Assembly: GCA_023213395.1 (NCBI GenBank)
Contig: CM041465.1
Location: forward strand, 162,509,741-162,573,740
Reading direction: 5' to 3'
DNA length: 64,000 nt
From: Cycas panzhihuaensis
Lineage: Eukaryota; Plantae; Cycadophyta
Shown here: piece after piece, positions 38,265-52,040 of the stretch
Position numbering within the stretch: position 1 is the stretch's first letter
Layout of the letters: each line of letters starts with the position of its first letter
Position numbers and translations under genes: made by a program
Notes under the pieces: generated by a model
The model's database searches: none
The model's input: only the letters and a program-made list of their open reading frames with translations
What the model was told of the DNA's origin: nothing

Positions 38265-38437
38265 CAATATTTAATATGGACTTGAATTCATACATAATGA
38301 CAACTTCAAGTAAGAAGAATTCACATATTTTGATTGGCCCAAATGCATAGCAGTAGAACAACTTTTGCATAATATTTAATATGGACTTGAATTCATACAT
38401 AATGACAACTTCAAGTCAAAAGAATTCACATATTTTG
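38265..38437 (+). repeat. ~67 bp near-identical direct duplication
   Basis: AATATTTAATATGGACTTGAATTCATACATAATGACAACTTCAAGT...AAGAATTCACATATTTTG at ~38266 and ~38371. Confidence 0.9.
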
Positions 38438-38439
38438 CA

Positions 38440-40010
38440 ACTTTTACTTTTTCCCTAGGCACTGGTGCTCTCGGTTCCATTTCCCTCAGCATTTGAAACG
38501 GGTACCTTTTTGTATGTGTTCTTGTCAAGTGGGATTTTCCGTTGTATTCTTGATTGCGAGCAACACGTCTGACTTAACTCCTGATCTATGCCAGTTTGTG
38601 TTAGGTGGTGGAGCAAAATCCGTTCTTCACACAAAGGTAGGCCTAGTTTCCTTTAGTTCAACTTCAACACATCTAGCATGGTTTATGATCTTCTAAAGCT
38701 CCGTGTTGTTGTGCTAATACATGGAATCTGATGAGGTCCTTGAGACCACTTATATATGTCTCCCTCAGACATTCGTGGAGAATGTTTGATGTAACCATAC
38801 ATTGTAACATCTGAAATTGTTCTGTGTATTCACAAATTGATCCCATTTGCTGCAGTCTTGTTAATTGTGCAAAGTAATTCATGGACCAAGAGTCTTCGTA
38901 TTGATCCATGATGGCTATTCGGAAATTTCTCCATTCCTCTAGTTGAGATCCTTGCATCTTTTTCCACCAATAGTACCAATTTAAGGCTCATCCATAGAGA
39001 TGTAAGGAAGCGATGGGCACCATATCTATGCTTGGTGTCTGGTTTACTGCAAAATATGTTTCCATTTGGAGTAGCCATGTCATGTCCTTATGTCCCATGT
39101 TTTTTCTGGATCAAATTTTTCTAATGCGATCTTTGTTGGTCCTCCTTGATTTACATTTCTTGACTGAAAAATAAATGCTTCTTTGAACCTACCTTCATGG
39201 TTCCCTTGATCTATCTTTTGATCTAAATCCTATTCTAATTTAGGAGGAACTATCTCTTGTTTCTCGAATCTTTCATTAATGTTCTTGATTTTTTGTAAAA
39301 GTTCCTCCATGATGGTTGTCAGGTTTTCTACTATGTTCTCTTCTGAATTGTGGGACCTCGACATCTTGCTTTGTGGGCTGATCCTTTTGGATCTTAATTC
39401 TATCTTGGTGCTTTCCAAATTGCTAGGGTGGGAGGGTGGGTCAAAATTTCCTCCTCTTGGTAAACAATTTCCCACTTTGAAACGAAGCTCTAAGGCCACT
39501 TGTTACGATTCCTTTGCTCAAATGAATGGAAAATAGAATAGAGTAGAGCAAATTCACAGAAAAATTAGAACAAGATAGGTAGAGTTCACCAATAATAGAA
39601 CAAGTAGAGTGAATTTACAGATGGCGGACACCTTTCAAATATAAAATGCCAAGATTATATCTCCAAATACAAATCAAATACAAAATACTGGAAAATATGA
39701 TGCCAAAGTGTCACAAAATATAACTAAAGTTCCAATAAAGTACCTGTACTGCCTGCAACAAACACAAGACCCTTCGAGGCGGGGATCCTCCTCAAAAATT
39801 ACAGCCCTAAGGCTGAAAATCCGCAATTGCCTTAAGGCCAAAAATAAGGAGTAGACACTTCACAAATGGATGCTTTGGAAAGACCTCAAAGTCCCTATAA
39901 ATAGGCACTCAAACTGGGACATAAGGAAGTCGGCTAGAGTGGGGAGGAATGCACTCAACATAATCATAAGAAGTCGGCCACAACTAGCACATAGAAGTCA
40001 GCCAAATTCT
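38440..40010 (-). mobile_element. Ty3/Gypsy 5' remnant: partial LTR, PBS and retrotransposon gag
   Basis: LTR end ...GTAACA at 39501 and PBS-like TGGCCTTAGAGC at 39487-39498. gag fragments include W..F..AIMDQY...LTRLQQMGSICEYTEQF...YISGLKD.IR (38673-38957). The far LTR boundary is uncertain. Confidence 0.75.
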
Positions 40011-40083
40011 GAAAAAGATCGCTTCACTGTTTATGAAGGGATTGTTTCGGCTTTTGTTTGGCCTTATATTTGGCTTGGATGCA

Positions 40084-43000
40084 CTTGATGTTGATGGTAC
40101 ATACTATTGAGAGTAGATATGCTCCTCTCGAAGTAAAAGACTCTGAAGTTCATTGAAAGTCAATGTACCAAGTGTGTCATCTCTTATAATTAAGGAGGTG
40201 AAACCGTTGTACTCCTTTGGTAATGCATGCAATGTGACAGTTACAAATTTGTCCCTCAAAGTTTGTTTTCCAAGAGTATTCAACTCATTATTGATTTCTT
40301 TGATGGAAGACAAAAATGCTGACATAGGCTCAACATATATCAAAGTATACAACTTAGCTTTTGTCATAATAATGCGAGCATCATCTTGCCTTTTATATAA
40401 TGAGATCAAAGTGTCCCAGGCTTCCTTTGAGGTACTAGCACCAGCAATATTTTCATCAACATTTATATCAACAACCATATGAAGAAATGTTAAGCCTATT
40501 TCATCCTTAACCTCCCAAGTAGCAACTAAAGCAGGATCAGGTTGAATGATTACATTGTTATTAGTTGGGCTTCTAGTTGGACCAGTTTTGGGATTCTTCC
40601 TAGATACAAATTTCTAAAACTCATTCATGATCAACAAATTTTGTGTTTACATTTTCCATTCTTGATAATTATCTTGTCCATTTAGTTTTACGGCACATGC
40701 ATGAAGCATGTTAATAGCGGCCATGATGTTAAAGTTGTTTAAGGTTTCTTGAAGCTAGCAGATGACTTAGAGAGTCAAAGCTTTCGTTGCTTAAGTTCCG
40801 CCTTCTAACACACCAATAGCCTTGATCTTACAAAGAAGATACAATAATTAAAGAGAGTTATAAGGGGTGGAGGACTAGGTTAAGAGTTGGTCCATCCTTA
40901 ATCTTTCTAAATAGATTCAATAGTTAGTCAAGTCAAATCTAGAACAAGGCTAGGTAGGGTTGATCTACATAGTCATACGGTGTTTTCCTTAGGATTCACA
41001 GCCCCAATAACCACCCGATAATCTCAATTGTTGTGCACTAACCATAATGTCAATTGGTCCCCTAGGGAATGCGCCAAACTTGAGATTTTTAGAGGCAAAG
41101 TTTTAACTTTTTTTAGGTCTCTCCAAGAAAATTGTAAAGCAATTTTTTAATGACTAAAGTGAACTTAGAATAAATTGCTTAAGTGAATGATTTTGCTACT
41201 TTATAATGCTTGATAAAATCTCAATGAAAGAACTTCAGATAAAGCAATTTGAGAACATACAAATAACATAAAGTGTTCTAAAAGCACTTAAAAATAACAA
41301 AAAAAATACTGAGTGTGTAATGAAGATATGTTTGTTTCAATATTGTGCCTTGAGTGGTTTCATTTTTAATGCAAATAAACGACCATAAAATGAAGATTTA
41401 ATGAAGTGCACTAAGTAATCAATCCACCACCACAATGTTAAGACTTTAAAATAGTCCTAACCAACTCCAAAATAAGTGATTATTTATTAATAAGATGATT
41501 TTTGAAGCCCTTTTTAATGACTAGGGCATGAAGAGCACCATGTAGGGAGTCTTATGAAATCATGTACAATGTAAATTTATCACAATTAATACATATATGA
41601 TTGAAAAATCACTTGATTAAAGTTAATTTTTACACTTGAAATTTTTTAAAGTGTAAAAATAACTTTAAAAAAAAAAAATTGAAATTGGCCTTAAAAAGGA
41701 TTAAATAGCATTAAAAACACTTAAAAATCATGAACTTTAGAGAATATCCTTTATTGAATAGAGCATACTCTAAGAATATGTTGGAATGTATGAGATAAAG
41801 TTTGTTTTATAATGTTAATCAGATGAAATTTTTTCAAAAAATATTTCTAGGCGACGACGCACGGACCTACATCAACTTTCCATTAATCGATTATGCAACA
41901 ATGGATCGAATTTTATGATGTATGTGGGTATGATAAGGCTGACCAGGGTTAGAGAGATGCCACTGCATGGAGATATGGCCTGTAGAGATGACACGTATAG
42001 CCACCAAGCGGGAAGAAGTTGCCCAACCACAAGAGCCAAAAAAGGGTCGTGAAACTATGGAAGCCTACACTAGCAGTGAGATAAATCTCCCAGTTGTTGC
42101 AAGAAGTTAGCTTCACACCTGTTACAGTGACAGTGCAACACAAAGCCTATACAATGTTAGGATTTTTGAACAATAGCAGAGGAATGAGCCACCCAACAAA
42201 GAAAAGATGCCTAGATTAGTAGAAGATCCGCCCTAGGAATGGAGCAAGCAAGTGCCCAACCAGTGTTTGGCATGTGACAGTGAAAGTGCTAGCTAGTCAA
42301 ATATGAGACCAAGATGCTCTTCAACAAAGATTAACTCTATAAACCAACCCTAGGGTCAAAAAACTACACAATGTGCAATATGCAAAGAAAAAATGCCTAG
42401 CAAAGAGCTTGGATAACAGATTTTATCCTTCAGATTGTAATGCTCTTGACTGGATGTTATGAAAGCCTACAACAATAATTTTTATAGCGCAAAGGATGAA
42501 GAAAAACAAAATTTTTTCTTATGTCCCTTGATGCAAGTACAAAGTGACTCAAAAAGAAAAAAACAAATTAGAAACTAAATCTATTGATTTCCATCCTACA
42601 AATGTCTCAGAAATAAAGAAAATCTGTAGTATGATGACCCAAACTTAGCCTTGGGTCACCTTTGAAGAGCGAAGGTCGTCACCAAGGGTTTGGAACCCTC
42701 TTTCAAACCTTGGAACAACAAGTAATCTTTCTCCTTTTGGCTCTGATACCAAATGTTGAAGATGATGGCATTCAACATTCACACCAATGATTGATAAGCA
42801 CATTCCTTAAGATCTTATGGAGAGAAAATCTGCTAGCATGAGGAGATGATTAGCATCTACACTAGGCAACTATGAACATGAGCAAATAAGCAAGCATAAA
42901 GCACAATGCACTCAAGCAAAAGGTGAACACAAATTCCTTTAAATAAACAAGATTATCTTAGAATCAAACTAGTAGCATAGTAGTACAAACTCACTCACCT

Positions 43001-43418
43001 TATATGATGCATGAGGTTTGACCTTCTTATATCGATGTGAAGGAGGACCTTGATCCATTAGATGTTTGAGAAGTGTCAAACTTCTAGCAGTACAAACTCA
43101 CTCACCTCATATGATGCATGAAGTTTGACCTTCTTACATAGATGTGGAGGACCTTAGTGTGTTGGATGTTTGACGAGTGTCAAACATCCAAGGTATGTCC
43201 TTTGCATATGGGATAAGTGTCCCTTTGGCTCTCTTTTGTGAACAAAAGTACATGAGGGTACATTGACCCTCAAGTTACAACATTATATCACTAGAACAAA
43301 TGTGGATGTGTACTTTATCACATTAGGTGATAAGTCACCCTCACATAGTGTTACATAAAGTACATAAAAAATGCAATATAAAGTACATGCTTAACATGTA
43401 AACATAAAGGTCTTAACA
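40084..43418 (-). mobile_element. Copia E 5' remnant: LTR, PBS, ~2 kb leader and gag N-terminus
   Basis: LTR 42754-43418 (TG...CA) and perfect PBS at 42740-42751. gag is UBN2-like: TSKEAWDTL..LY...LHALPKEY..F...LTFNELQSLLLREE (40104-40478). No pol. Confidence 0.82.
42978..43189. repeat. Two ~105 bp tandem units inside the Copia E LTR
   Basis: AGTACAAACTCACTCACCT.ATATGATGCATGA.GTTTGACCTTCTTA... occurs at ~42980 and ~43088. Confidence 0.85.
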
Positions 43419-43476
43419 ACTTTGAGGGGAACTTTTGTGTGTAAATAAGCAATGCCTAGTGGAGTAAAACATCACT

Positions 43477-45480
43477 TGTGAAAAGAGTATTTATAAGACC
43501 CTCAAAGAATGATTCTTGACTCTTCACCTTGCTAGGTGTCTTTTCATTTCAATGACCTTACATGTGGTCCTTACATGAATTATTTAATGAGAAGTGGTAT
43601 GGTGTGAAAGGCAATTGAGTAGAAAGAATTTTTTGATGTTTGCCTCTATAGGAGAGCTTGAGCTAAAATAAGCCAATGACTCCAATGTAGCTATGGATAT
43701 TGACAAAGGATTCCACCTAGAGAAGGCTACTACATATAACACTATTATGAATACTATTGTGTGTACATATTATTGGGAAGTTGTTGCATGTAGCATTATT
43801 GATTGGTAGTAGCGTGATTAGGTAAGTCCAACAGTGGAATTGGTCCATTCAAGTAAACCCACTTATGCTATATGATGTCAACATGCTGAGATCATTAGTC
43901 AAATGGGCTACTTGACTATAGTTTGCATGCAAGGTGGTTTGAGGTGGAAGCTATTTCATTCCTACTATCTATGGTGATATTATTTGTCTCTTGTTGTTCT
44001 CTAGTTTTTGTTTTGTTTAATCTTAGATACTCTCATTTTCTCAAGTTTCTCTCTTTCATCATCTCTTTTTCTCCATTATTTCTCTAGTGAGAATATATAC
44101 ATGTATAGCACATTTGTAAAGTGGAACTTTTGTATTTGGTAGTGGATAGTTAGATGTGTGGATATGAATTTACTTCTTGCTTGAGCTATACTAATGCAAA
44201 GTTATACTTTATTGTTTAACCCACTTTATGGTTGAATTTAATTTCATAGCATGGCATTTTTGATGAAATGTTGGTTCTATCTATGAATTTGTTTATTCAA
44301 CATTATACAAAGTGAAATTATGATTTTGCATTATAATATTTTTGAATAGTATAAATATAGTTTATCATTTCATTCTCATGGGTTATAACATTTGGTATTA
44401 GAGCTTTGGTTTGGGTGAATTGGTATACAACCAACATGAATGGGAGGAGATTAATCTTTTTGAAGGCATCCTGGAAAGAATGTTGATCCTATGTAGGATA
44501 GAGTAACTATACTTGAGAAGAGTTTGTCTAATATGGCAAAACAAATGACAAAAATAAATGTGTACTTAATGCACATAGTGCAAAATCAAGGCATGTAATA
44601 AAGACCAAGTAGTCAGCATAGACTTCAAAGGGAAGATATCCAAATTAGTCACTAACTTGAGAAAGAAGAGCATACAACCTCAAGAGCCTCAAAGCTCTAA
44701 GCATCTATTCACTCATTTCTAAAATAGATGATCAAAGAAGGAAGCAAGTTTTGGTTGATGACGACATGGTTAATTCTAGAATGTAATAGTCATAATTTTT
44801 AATAGGTCCAAGTTGGATCATAGTCTTTGTCAATTCCAAACACTAGTCACTTATGAATGAGAAGTCACTGTTAGAGAAATCTTGCTAACTAGAGAATGTT
44901 AAGTCTTCAATATATAAGGATTGCTTTAGGTTTTCATGCTTAGTAAATTGAGGTTAAATCCCAAATGGACTTATAAGAAAGTCACTTTTTGGGAGCAATT
45001 CTATGGGACTGATGTCCAGTTATTATGCTCTTAAGGATGTCATGGTAGTGGCAAATCCAATTATTATGAGTATGATAATTGAACATGGCTTAGTGGTATA
45101 GCTCCAAGATTGAGCAATTGTTTGTTGAGTTTCCACTCATGTCCACTTTTGATTGGCCCTATCAATAAAAGGAGGGTTGAAGCCCTATCTTCAAAAAGTG
45201 CTAGAGGTACTTGAGTTGGATTCTATAGAGGAAGGCACATGGAAGCAAAAATATCATATGAAGAATAGTTTGTGGTTTATTTTGTAAGAAATAAGGACAT
45301 ATGGTTTATAATTGTCCATTCATCACAAAGATGTGAATCTAATGTAATTTGAATGAAGTATTAGCCAAACTAGTGACACAGAGCAATGAAGAAGGTGGAT
45401 CTAAGTCAAAAACTATTGATATGAATCTTGGAGGGGCCTATTGATATATGAATTGTTGAGAATCAATAGATGCATCATTC
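43477..45480 (+). mobile_element. Family X LTR element 5' remnant (copy 2): LTR, PBS and decayed gag-like region
   Basis: LTR ends ...TAACA at 44390 with PBS TGGTATTAGAGC at 44393-44404. The internal start matches the reverse complement of 54640-54960. The left boundary is approximate. Confidence 0.65.
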
Positions 45481-47459
45481 TTTTTTTTTTTTTGAAAATA
45501 ATGATTATTAGATCAAAAAAATTACATACATGGTCGTGCAACAAAAAACTAGGAAGAGTATATCATCCCCACCATCCCATAGATGAGAAAACAAAAAAAA
45601 CCATTAAAGGTTGTACATAGAGACCATAAGAACCAATTTCAATATGTTGTACTACTCCCTAACCTCCTTCGCCAATAGGGGTAGCAAAATTGTCATTCTA
45701 GTCATCATCCCCTAATGGTTATTGGGACCAGCACTTGGATGGTGCACTCGATTGCTGTCAAACTTGCCAGACAAGAAATTGAGTGTTGTTGATGTCAAGG
45801 TAGAGTGGGATCATTGTGTTGTGATGGACTCCTACCCTTAGGGCAACTTTAACGACATTCCACAAGCTTCGAATTGCCCTCCTCCAGTGGGACCCTCAAG
45901 ATGGTATAAGGAGCAATACCCCAATGCTTAATTAGCTCAAGGAGGTAGTTTAGCTCAACTTGAACTTTTTGCACCTAGAGGTTGATCTACAAGGCACATG
46001 ATTGTAGGATCATTAGAAATAACTTAGCAGGGAAGGTGCATGTGGGTGCTTCGTGTTGAAAAAACACATTATTTCTAAATTTCCAAATGGAATAAAGCAC
46101 TTCTACTCTCAACAACTCCTAGGTTAAGTGTAAAGAAAAGGGAAAAAATTTAGTGTTGCCAAGAAGGGGTGCATTATAGCCAAACATATTAGTGGTAGTT
46201 GGCTTAAGGATATTGTTGACTAGCTACCAAGTTGAGTTGGCAAAGGGACATTGCAAAAGTAGGTGAAGCAACATCTATCTCTAGTTGCAAAAGGCACATG
46301 CCACATTAGCATGATCCACTTTGACTAACTAGTCTTTGACTATTAGACCCCCATGGATAAGGGACTAGGCAAAAAAGAGTTTTTTGGGCTCTACAAAGGC
46401 ATGCTAGATTCTTTCAAATCATCACTTCCAAGTTAGTTTATTGCATTTAAACTTTCATATGGCATTCAATCTATTTTCCATCCTATCATTAGTTGTGAGG
46501 TGGTAGTACAGATGTAAAGTTGTAAACCTTTTAAAAGGTTTTGAGTGGTTCTAGGCCTAGTTATGCCACCATTGATTACTCTCAATCATGGCTAGATTTG
46601 GGATTAACTCTATTGAACAACAGTTCCTAGTGTCCTTGATGATATACTTGTCATAGCATTTAAGGTTGAATTCTTGCCTAACATTTGGCCACGTCTTCCA
46701 CCAAGCTTGGGTCTTGTCGAATAATTGCCCTACTTTGGTGAGTCCTTTCTTGTACAACTGCATCACTTCAAACCACTAAATTTGGCCCATGTACTGAAGG
46801 TGTGAAAAGGGTGGATCTATCCTTCATCTCCATGCACAAAACACAAAGGCAAATATGGGAGCAAGAGAGACTTGAGAGAGAGCGTAGCTCTCACAAAATG
46901 TGGAGGTAAGAATGACCCTCCTCCATTGAGCTTTTACTTTTATATTAAGAGAGGGAGCATTAGAGTTAGGTGAAATGAAATTACACATAATGCACATGAA
47001 AGTGCATTTCACTTAAGTGATCTAATTTAAAGTTCACTTAAGACCCTTTTTAGAAATAATCAACTAATGTAATGACCTTGTGACATTAACCCATTTCAAT
47101 CTCCACCTTAATGGTAGAAGGTCATTTCATCCTATTTTATTCTATCCTATAAGGTCTTTATTTGAGCCTCTTACAAAGCAAACTACTATGACACTTTTGT
47201 GGGAAACCCTCATGGGGAAGAAAACCTACAGATTTTCTAATCTACTAACCTAGATCAGGCGGCTCTTTAAATGAAGCTAAATAGCCAATTAGTACAATGA
47301 ATTTTGTAGCTGTAATCTACTGAGTCTCTATATACCATTTGGTCATCCCCCATGCCCTTTCAGGTTTTTACAGGTTTTGATTTTCGAAAATGACACAACC
47401 CCTATCCTTTTGCGCCCACAAGGGGTTTTCACAAATGAGACAAAGTATGATGATCCTAT

Positions 47460-50400
47460 TGTCATCTCCTTCAATCAGTCGGAGATGGAGGCTCTAAGGC
47501 CGAGTTGCCTTCAGAACTGTTCAAACTTCACCCTCTTTAGTGGTTTGGTGAAGATATCGGCCACTTGATCTACTGTAGGGCAATACTCTAGTTGAATTGT
47601 GCCATCATGAACTAGTTCTCTAATCTTGTGGACTTTCGTATTTATATGTTTCGTACGATCATGAGATACAGGATTTTTAGCCATTTGGATTGTAGATTGA
47701 TTATCTACATGTAAGCTAGTAGAACTTGTTTGGGTGGCATTTAATGTATTCAACAATTTTCTAAGCCATATCACCTCCTTGCTTGTCTTAGAAGCAGTAA
47801 TATATTTAGCTTCGGTAGTTGAGTCTACAACTATTTTCTGTTGTTTGGATCTCCATGATATTGGTGCTGTTCCAAGAAATGTTACGTACCCAGATGTAGA
47901 TCTTCCTATGTCTTTATCTCTAGCAAAGTATGAATCTGTGTATGCATAACGTTTAAATTCTACATTGGGTTCATACAACAAACCATATTTGTTGGTCGTC
48001 TTTAGGTACCTCAACACTCGTATTGCAGCTTGCCAATGATTCTGCTTAGGATTTGTCATGAATCTTGCAAGAATTTCGACAGAGTGTGCAATATCTAGCT
48101 TTGTGTTGGTAGCATAGATGAGACTACCTACAAATTGCCTGTAGAGTGTTGCGTCTATGTCCTTAGTGTCACCATTAGCTGAGAGTTTAACATTAGGTTC
48201 CATAGGTGTAGCCACTGTTTGAGCACTTTCCAACTGAAACTTTGTCAGAAGATCGTTGATATATTTTTCTTGCGAGAGAAAGACTTTGCCATTCTTTTGA
48301 GTTACTTCAATTCCCAAGTAATATTTCATCAAACCCGAGGTCAGACAATTCAAAAATTTTAGCAAAGTCCTTCTTCAACTGGCTGATTACCTATTCACTA
48401 TTCCCCGTTATTAGCATATCATCCACAAAGATTAAGAGGTAAGTGACTTTATCATTTTGGTGCTCGATGAATAATGTTGCATCAATATCTTGATAGCCAT
48501 AAACCTCATATCCAAATTGCCTCATTCTTTCAAACAATTTGGTAAACTAAGCATGAGGGGCTTGTTTTAGGCCATACAAGGACTTTCTAAGCCTGCAAAC
48601 CTTATGCTCCTGACCGACAATCTCATATCCTTCTATCTAAGCCATGTAAATTTCTTCTTTGAGGTCCCCATTGAGAAATGCAGTCTTAACATCGAGTTGG
48701 TGGATTTTCCAACCCTGTTGAGTAGCCAAGGCTATAAGAGTTTTGATTGTAGGCCACTGGGTTGTAGGAGCAAAGATTTCAGTATAATTGATGCCATCCC
48801 TTTGTGTGAATCCTTTTACTACCAACCTCGCCTTGTGTTTTTCTAGGGTGCCATCTAATCTACGCTTATTTTTGGACACCCATTTGTTTTGAACTACCTT
48901 TCTTCCAAGTGGTAGATCAAGAAGCTCCCATGTACCGTTCTTGATAAGAGATTAGTATTCTTTGTTCATGGCATTTCTCCAAGCTGCATGCTTTACAGCT
49001 TTTCGGTACGTTAGAGGCTCTTCATTAAGAGCAAGGTGCAGTTCTGCTAGTTCAAGCTCAATGAAAAGTGATTCATGCATCCTTGCTCTATGGGCACTTC
49101 TAGTGTCAGTTTTGCCTACCTCACTTGGTCACATGTCCTTATGTAGCTGGTAGGCTTCACGAAAACCTCGAGTTGGGAATGAAGTTTTCATTTCCACAGC
49201 CTCTTGGTCTTCGTTTGATCCTGAAAAGGATCATGTGAAATGTATGGTACGAAGGAAGTTGACGATGCTGGAGAAGATGGGCTAGCCATTGATGTTGGAG
49301 AAGATGGTCCTTCTACTATGGCTTTGCCTTTGTCAACTTGATTGTTTGCAAGTGATGGTGCTGGATGTGTACACATTAATTGGGAGTCACATCTTGTATC
49401 CTTCGGGGCTCTATTGTCAAATTCCAAGATTTTGACCAACTGTTGAGCATCTTCCCCCTTAAATTTTGGAATCTGGACATCAAATTTAGTAGCATCATTA
49501 AATCGGTATGAAGGTATCTTGGAGTCAAGTCTGAGTAATTGATCTTCAGTCTCTACAAAGATAACATCTCTAGTGATGATAATTTTCCATTGTGAAGGTA
49601 TAAAAACCTTGTACCCCTTTTTGTCCATAGAGTATCCGGCAAAGATGCCTTTGAGGGCTCTATCTTAGAGCTTGTTTCTGTGTTCCTCTAGAATGTGAGC
49701 ATAATAAGTAGAGCCAAAAATTCTTAAGTGGGAGATAGAGGGGGTTTGTCCATATCACATTTCATGTGGAGAGGGGCCGAGCTTGGAGGGACTAACAGTG
49801 TTAATGCAATACACGGTAGTCCAGATAGCCTCAGCCCAAATATAGATAGGGATGTTCTTATATACCAGCATAGCACGAGCCATGTTCATGATGGTCCTAT
49901 TCATGTGCTCGGCAACTCCATTTTGCTAGGGTGTACTTGCAACAGTGGTCTGATGTTTGATTCCATGCTAACGTAGGTACGATTCAAACTCATTGGACAT
50001 GTACTCACCACCATTGTCAGTCCTGAGTATTTTGATCTTGAATCCAAATTCATTTTCCACACGGGCCTTGAAAGCTTGAAACATAGAAAAAGCTTCATCT
50101 TTCTTTGCAAGAAAAGCAATCCATACTTTCTTCATAAAATCATCAATGAAAGTAATATAGTACCACTTCTGTTTAAGAGAAGGGATGTGCATAGGACCGA
50201 ATATATCTAAGTGTACAAGTTGCAAAGGTTGGCTAGATTTCTACTGACTATGAGGAAAAGGTTGTCTTTGAGATTTGGCAACGATACATGCTTCGCATTT
50301 GAAGGGTTTAGAGGAGAGCCTAGGCATACGAGGAAGAGTGGCATGTAGTTCTCTTAAACGATCAATTTTGATATGGCCCATACAAGCATGCCATAGGGCT

Positions 50401-52040
50401 GTTTGGGACAACTTTTGAGGAGTCAGGGTTGTGGTAAAAGCAGAGTCATCATTAACATAGTTAGCTTCAAAGGATGGTCAGCCAGTTAGGCAAAAAAGTT
50501 TGCCATCAAGAATTCTGATCATAATCACATCATTTGAAGGAGGGTGAATGACACAGAGAGTTTGATTATTTGCAGTTACACTCAGATCAAATCCATGAGA
50601 GTCAAGGGTGGATAGGGAGAGCAGGTTCTGCTTCAGAGCAGGAATATATAAAACATCAACAAGCATCAAATCTGGAAGGCTTGAGAGTGTCAGGCAAATA
50701 GTTCCAAGTCCTTCAATTGGCTGAGAAGATTTATTAGCCATGTGTAGAACACCACAAACTTTAGAGTCAAAATCCTGAAAGAACTGGCGATGACAAGTCA
50801 TATGTTGTGTTGCTCCAGTATCCATGAGCCAAGATGAAGTATTTGAGGTGGCACTATTTGCAACCCCAAGTGGTGAAGGCAAAAGTGAATAAGCATAGCC
50901 ACAATGAGCCTCAATATACTTAGTGGATCTATCAACAACATTTGATGAAGTGGTCCCAATTCTTTGAAGGTGTGCATAAGCAAATTGTGTTCCACCAAAA
51001 GCATCTTCAAAAGAAGCATTATCAACATTATGTGCACCATAGCGCTGTTGATAGCTTGGTAGTTTGTTGGCGGCAGTTCTGCAATTTTTGGTACAATGTT
51101 CTTTTCTATTATACCTTTGGCACACAATTATTTGATTTCCAGTCCCACAAGAAGTATTGAGCTGGTTGGATTGTCTCTGATTATTGGATCTAGGTCCAGG
51201 TTGATTATTTTGGCCTTGGCCTTGAGACTGTTTTTGTTGGAGTTGAGGAGCCTGTTGACCAAGAGGACGTTGTCCTTGTTGTCTACCTCTACTTCTTCCA
51301 CAAGAATTACCACCTCTGCAAGAGTATTGACCTTGATTTTTGGTAGAACAAAGATCTACTTCCACTTAAAAAGCAGCATCAACTGGATCAGATGTAGTGG
51401 CAAAGTTGGTATCAAAGGTCTTATTGAATTCAATGAACTTATCAGCAAGAACCTCAAAGTTTAGGGTCTTTAAAGTGCCATTAGATTGAAGACTTCCCAG
51501 TAGATTTTTGTAATCTGGGATATGGAGACATGACTGAATCAAGAAAGCCCATGTAATGCATTGAGTTTTGAAATCTTTATTAATGGATTGCTTGATTAGA
51601 CAAAGGAGATTGATTGTCTCACTTGCATGTCCTTTTTGCATTTTCAATTTATTCATCTTCAGCACTAAGTGAACAAATTCTAAGTCTGATTTAGTGTCAA
51701 AGTTCTTCTTAAGAACTTTAAGAACTTTCCATGCTATATCATGTACAACTTCATCAATGAGATTATGCAGGGAATAATCAGTGACAAGAAGTATCCCTGC
51801 ATGGATTTTATCATCATCAAGTTCCCATTGGCGTTTAGCTGTAACTTCAGTGGGAGTAGTTGGAGCACCTCCTCTAGAAGTAGTTGAGGTAGCTGTAGTT
51901 GCAACAAATGGTGTAGGTTGCAAGTGATCTCTCCAAAGACCTTCATACTTTACAACATTTCTGACATCGGTGAACCACATGTCCCAATTTTCTTTCCCTT
52001 TTAAAATGCAATTCACATTTTGCTTGAACTGTGAAGACAT
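47460..52040 (-). pseudogene. Copia D gag-pol, frame-disrupted
   Basis: ORFs 51366-52040 (gag), 50478-51365 (knuckle, WLMDTGATQHM protease), 49968-50225 (integrase), 48637-48879 and 47511-48365 (RT/RNase H). Confidence 0.93.

Noticed and set aside
38720-38760. CTGATGA-GGTC-CTTGA-GACC resembling a hammerhead ribozyme core
   Set aside because: The required GAAA after stem II is absent and the site is antisense gag coding sequence.
38440-40010. Gypsy gag plus LTR as the 5' half of the chromovirus at 22980-36780
   Set aside because: The LTR at 39501 does not resemble the LTR sequence at 22980-23311 / 34977-35042, so these are treated as separate elements.
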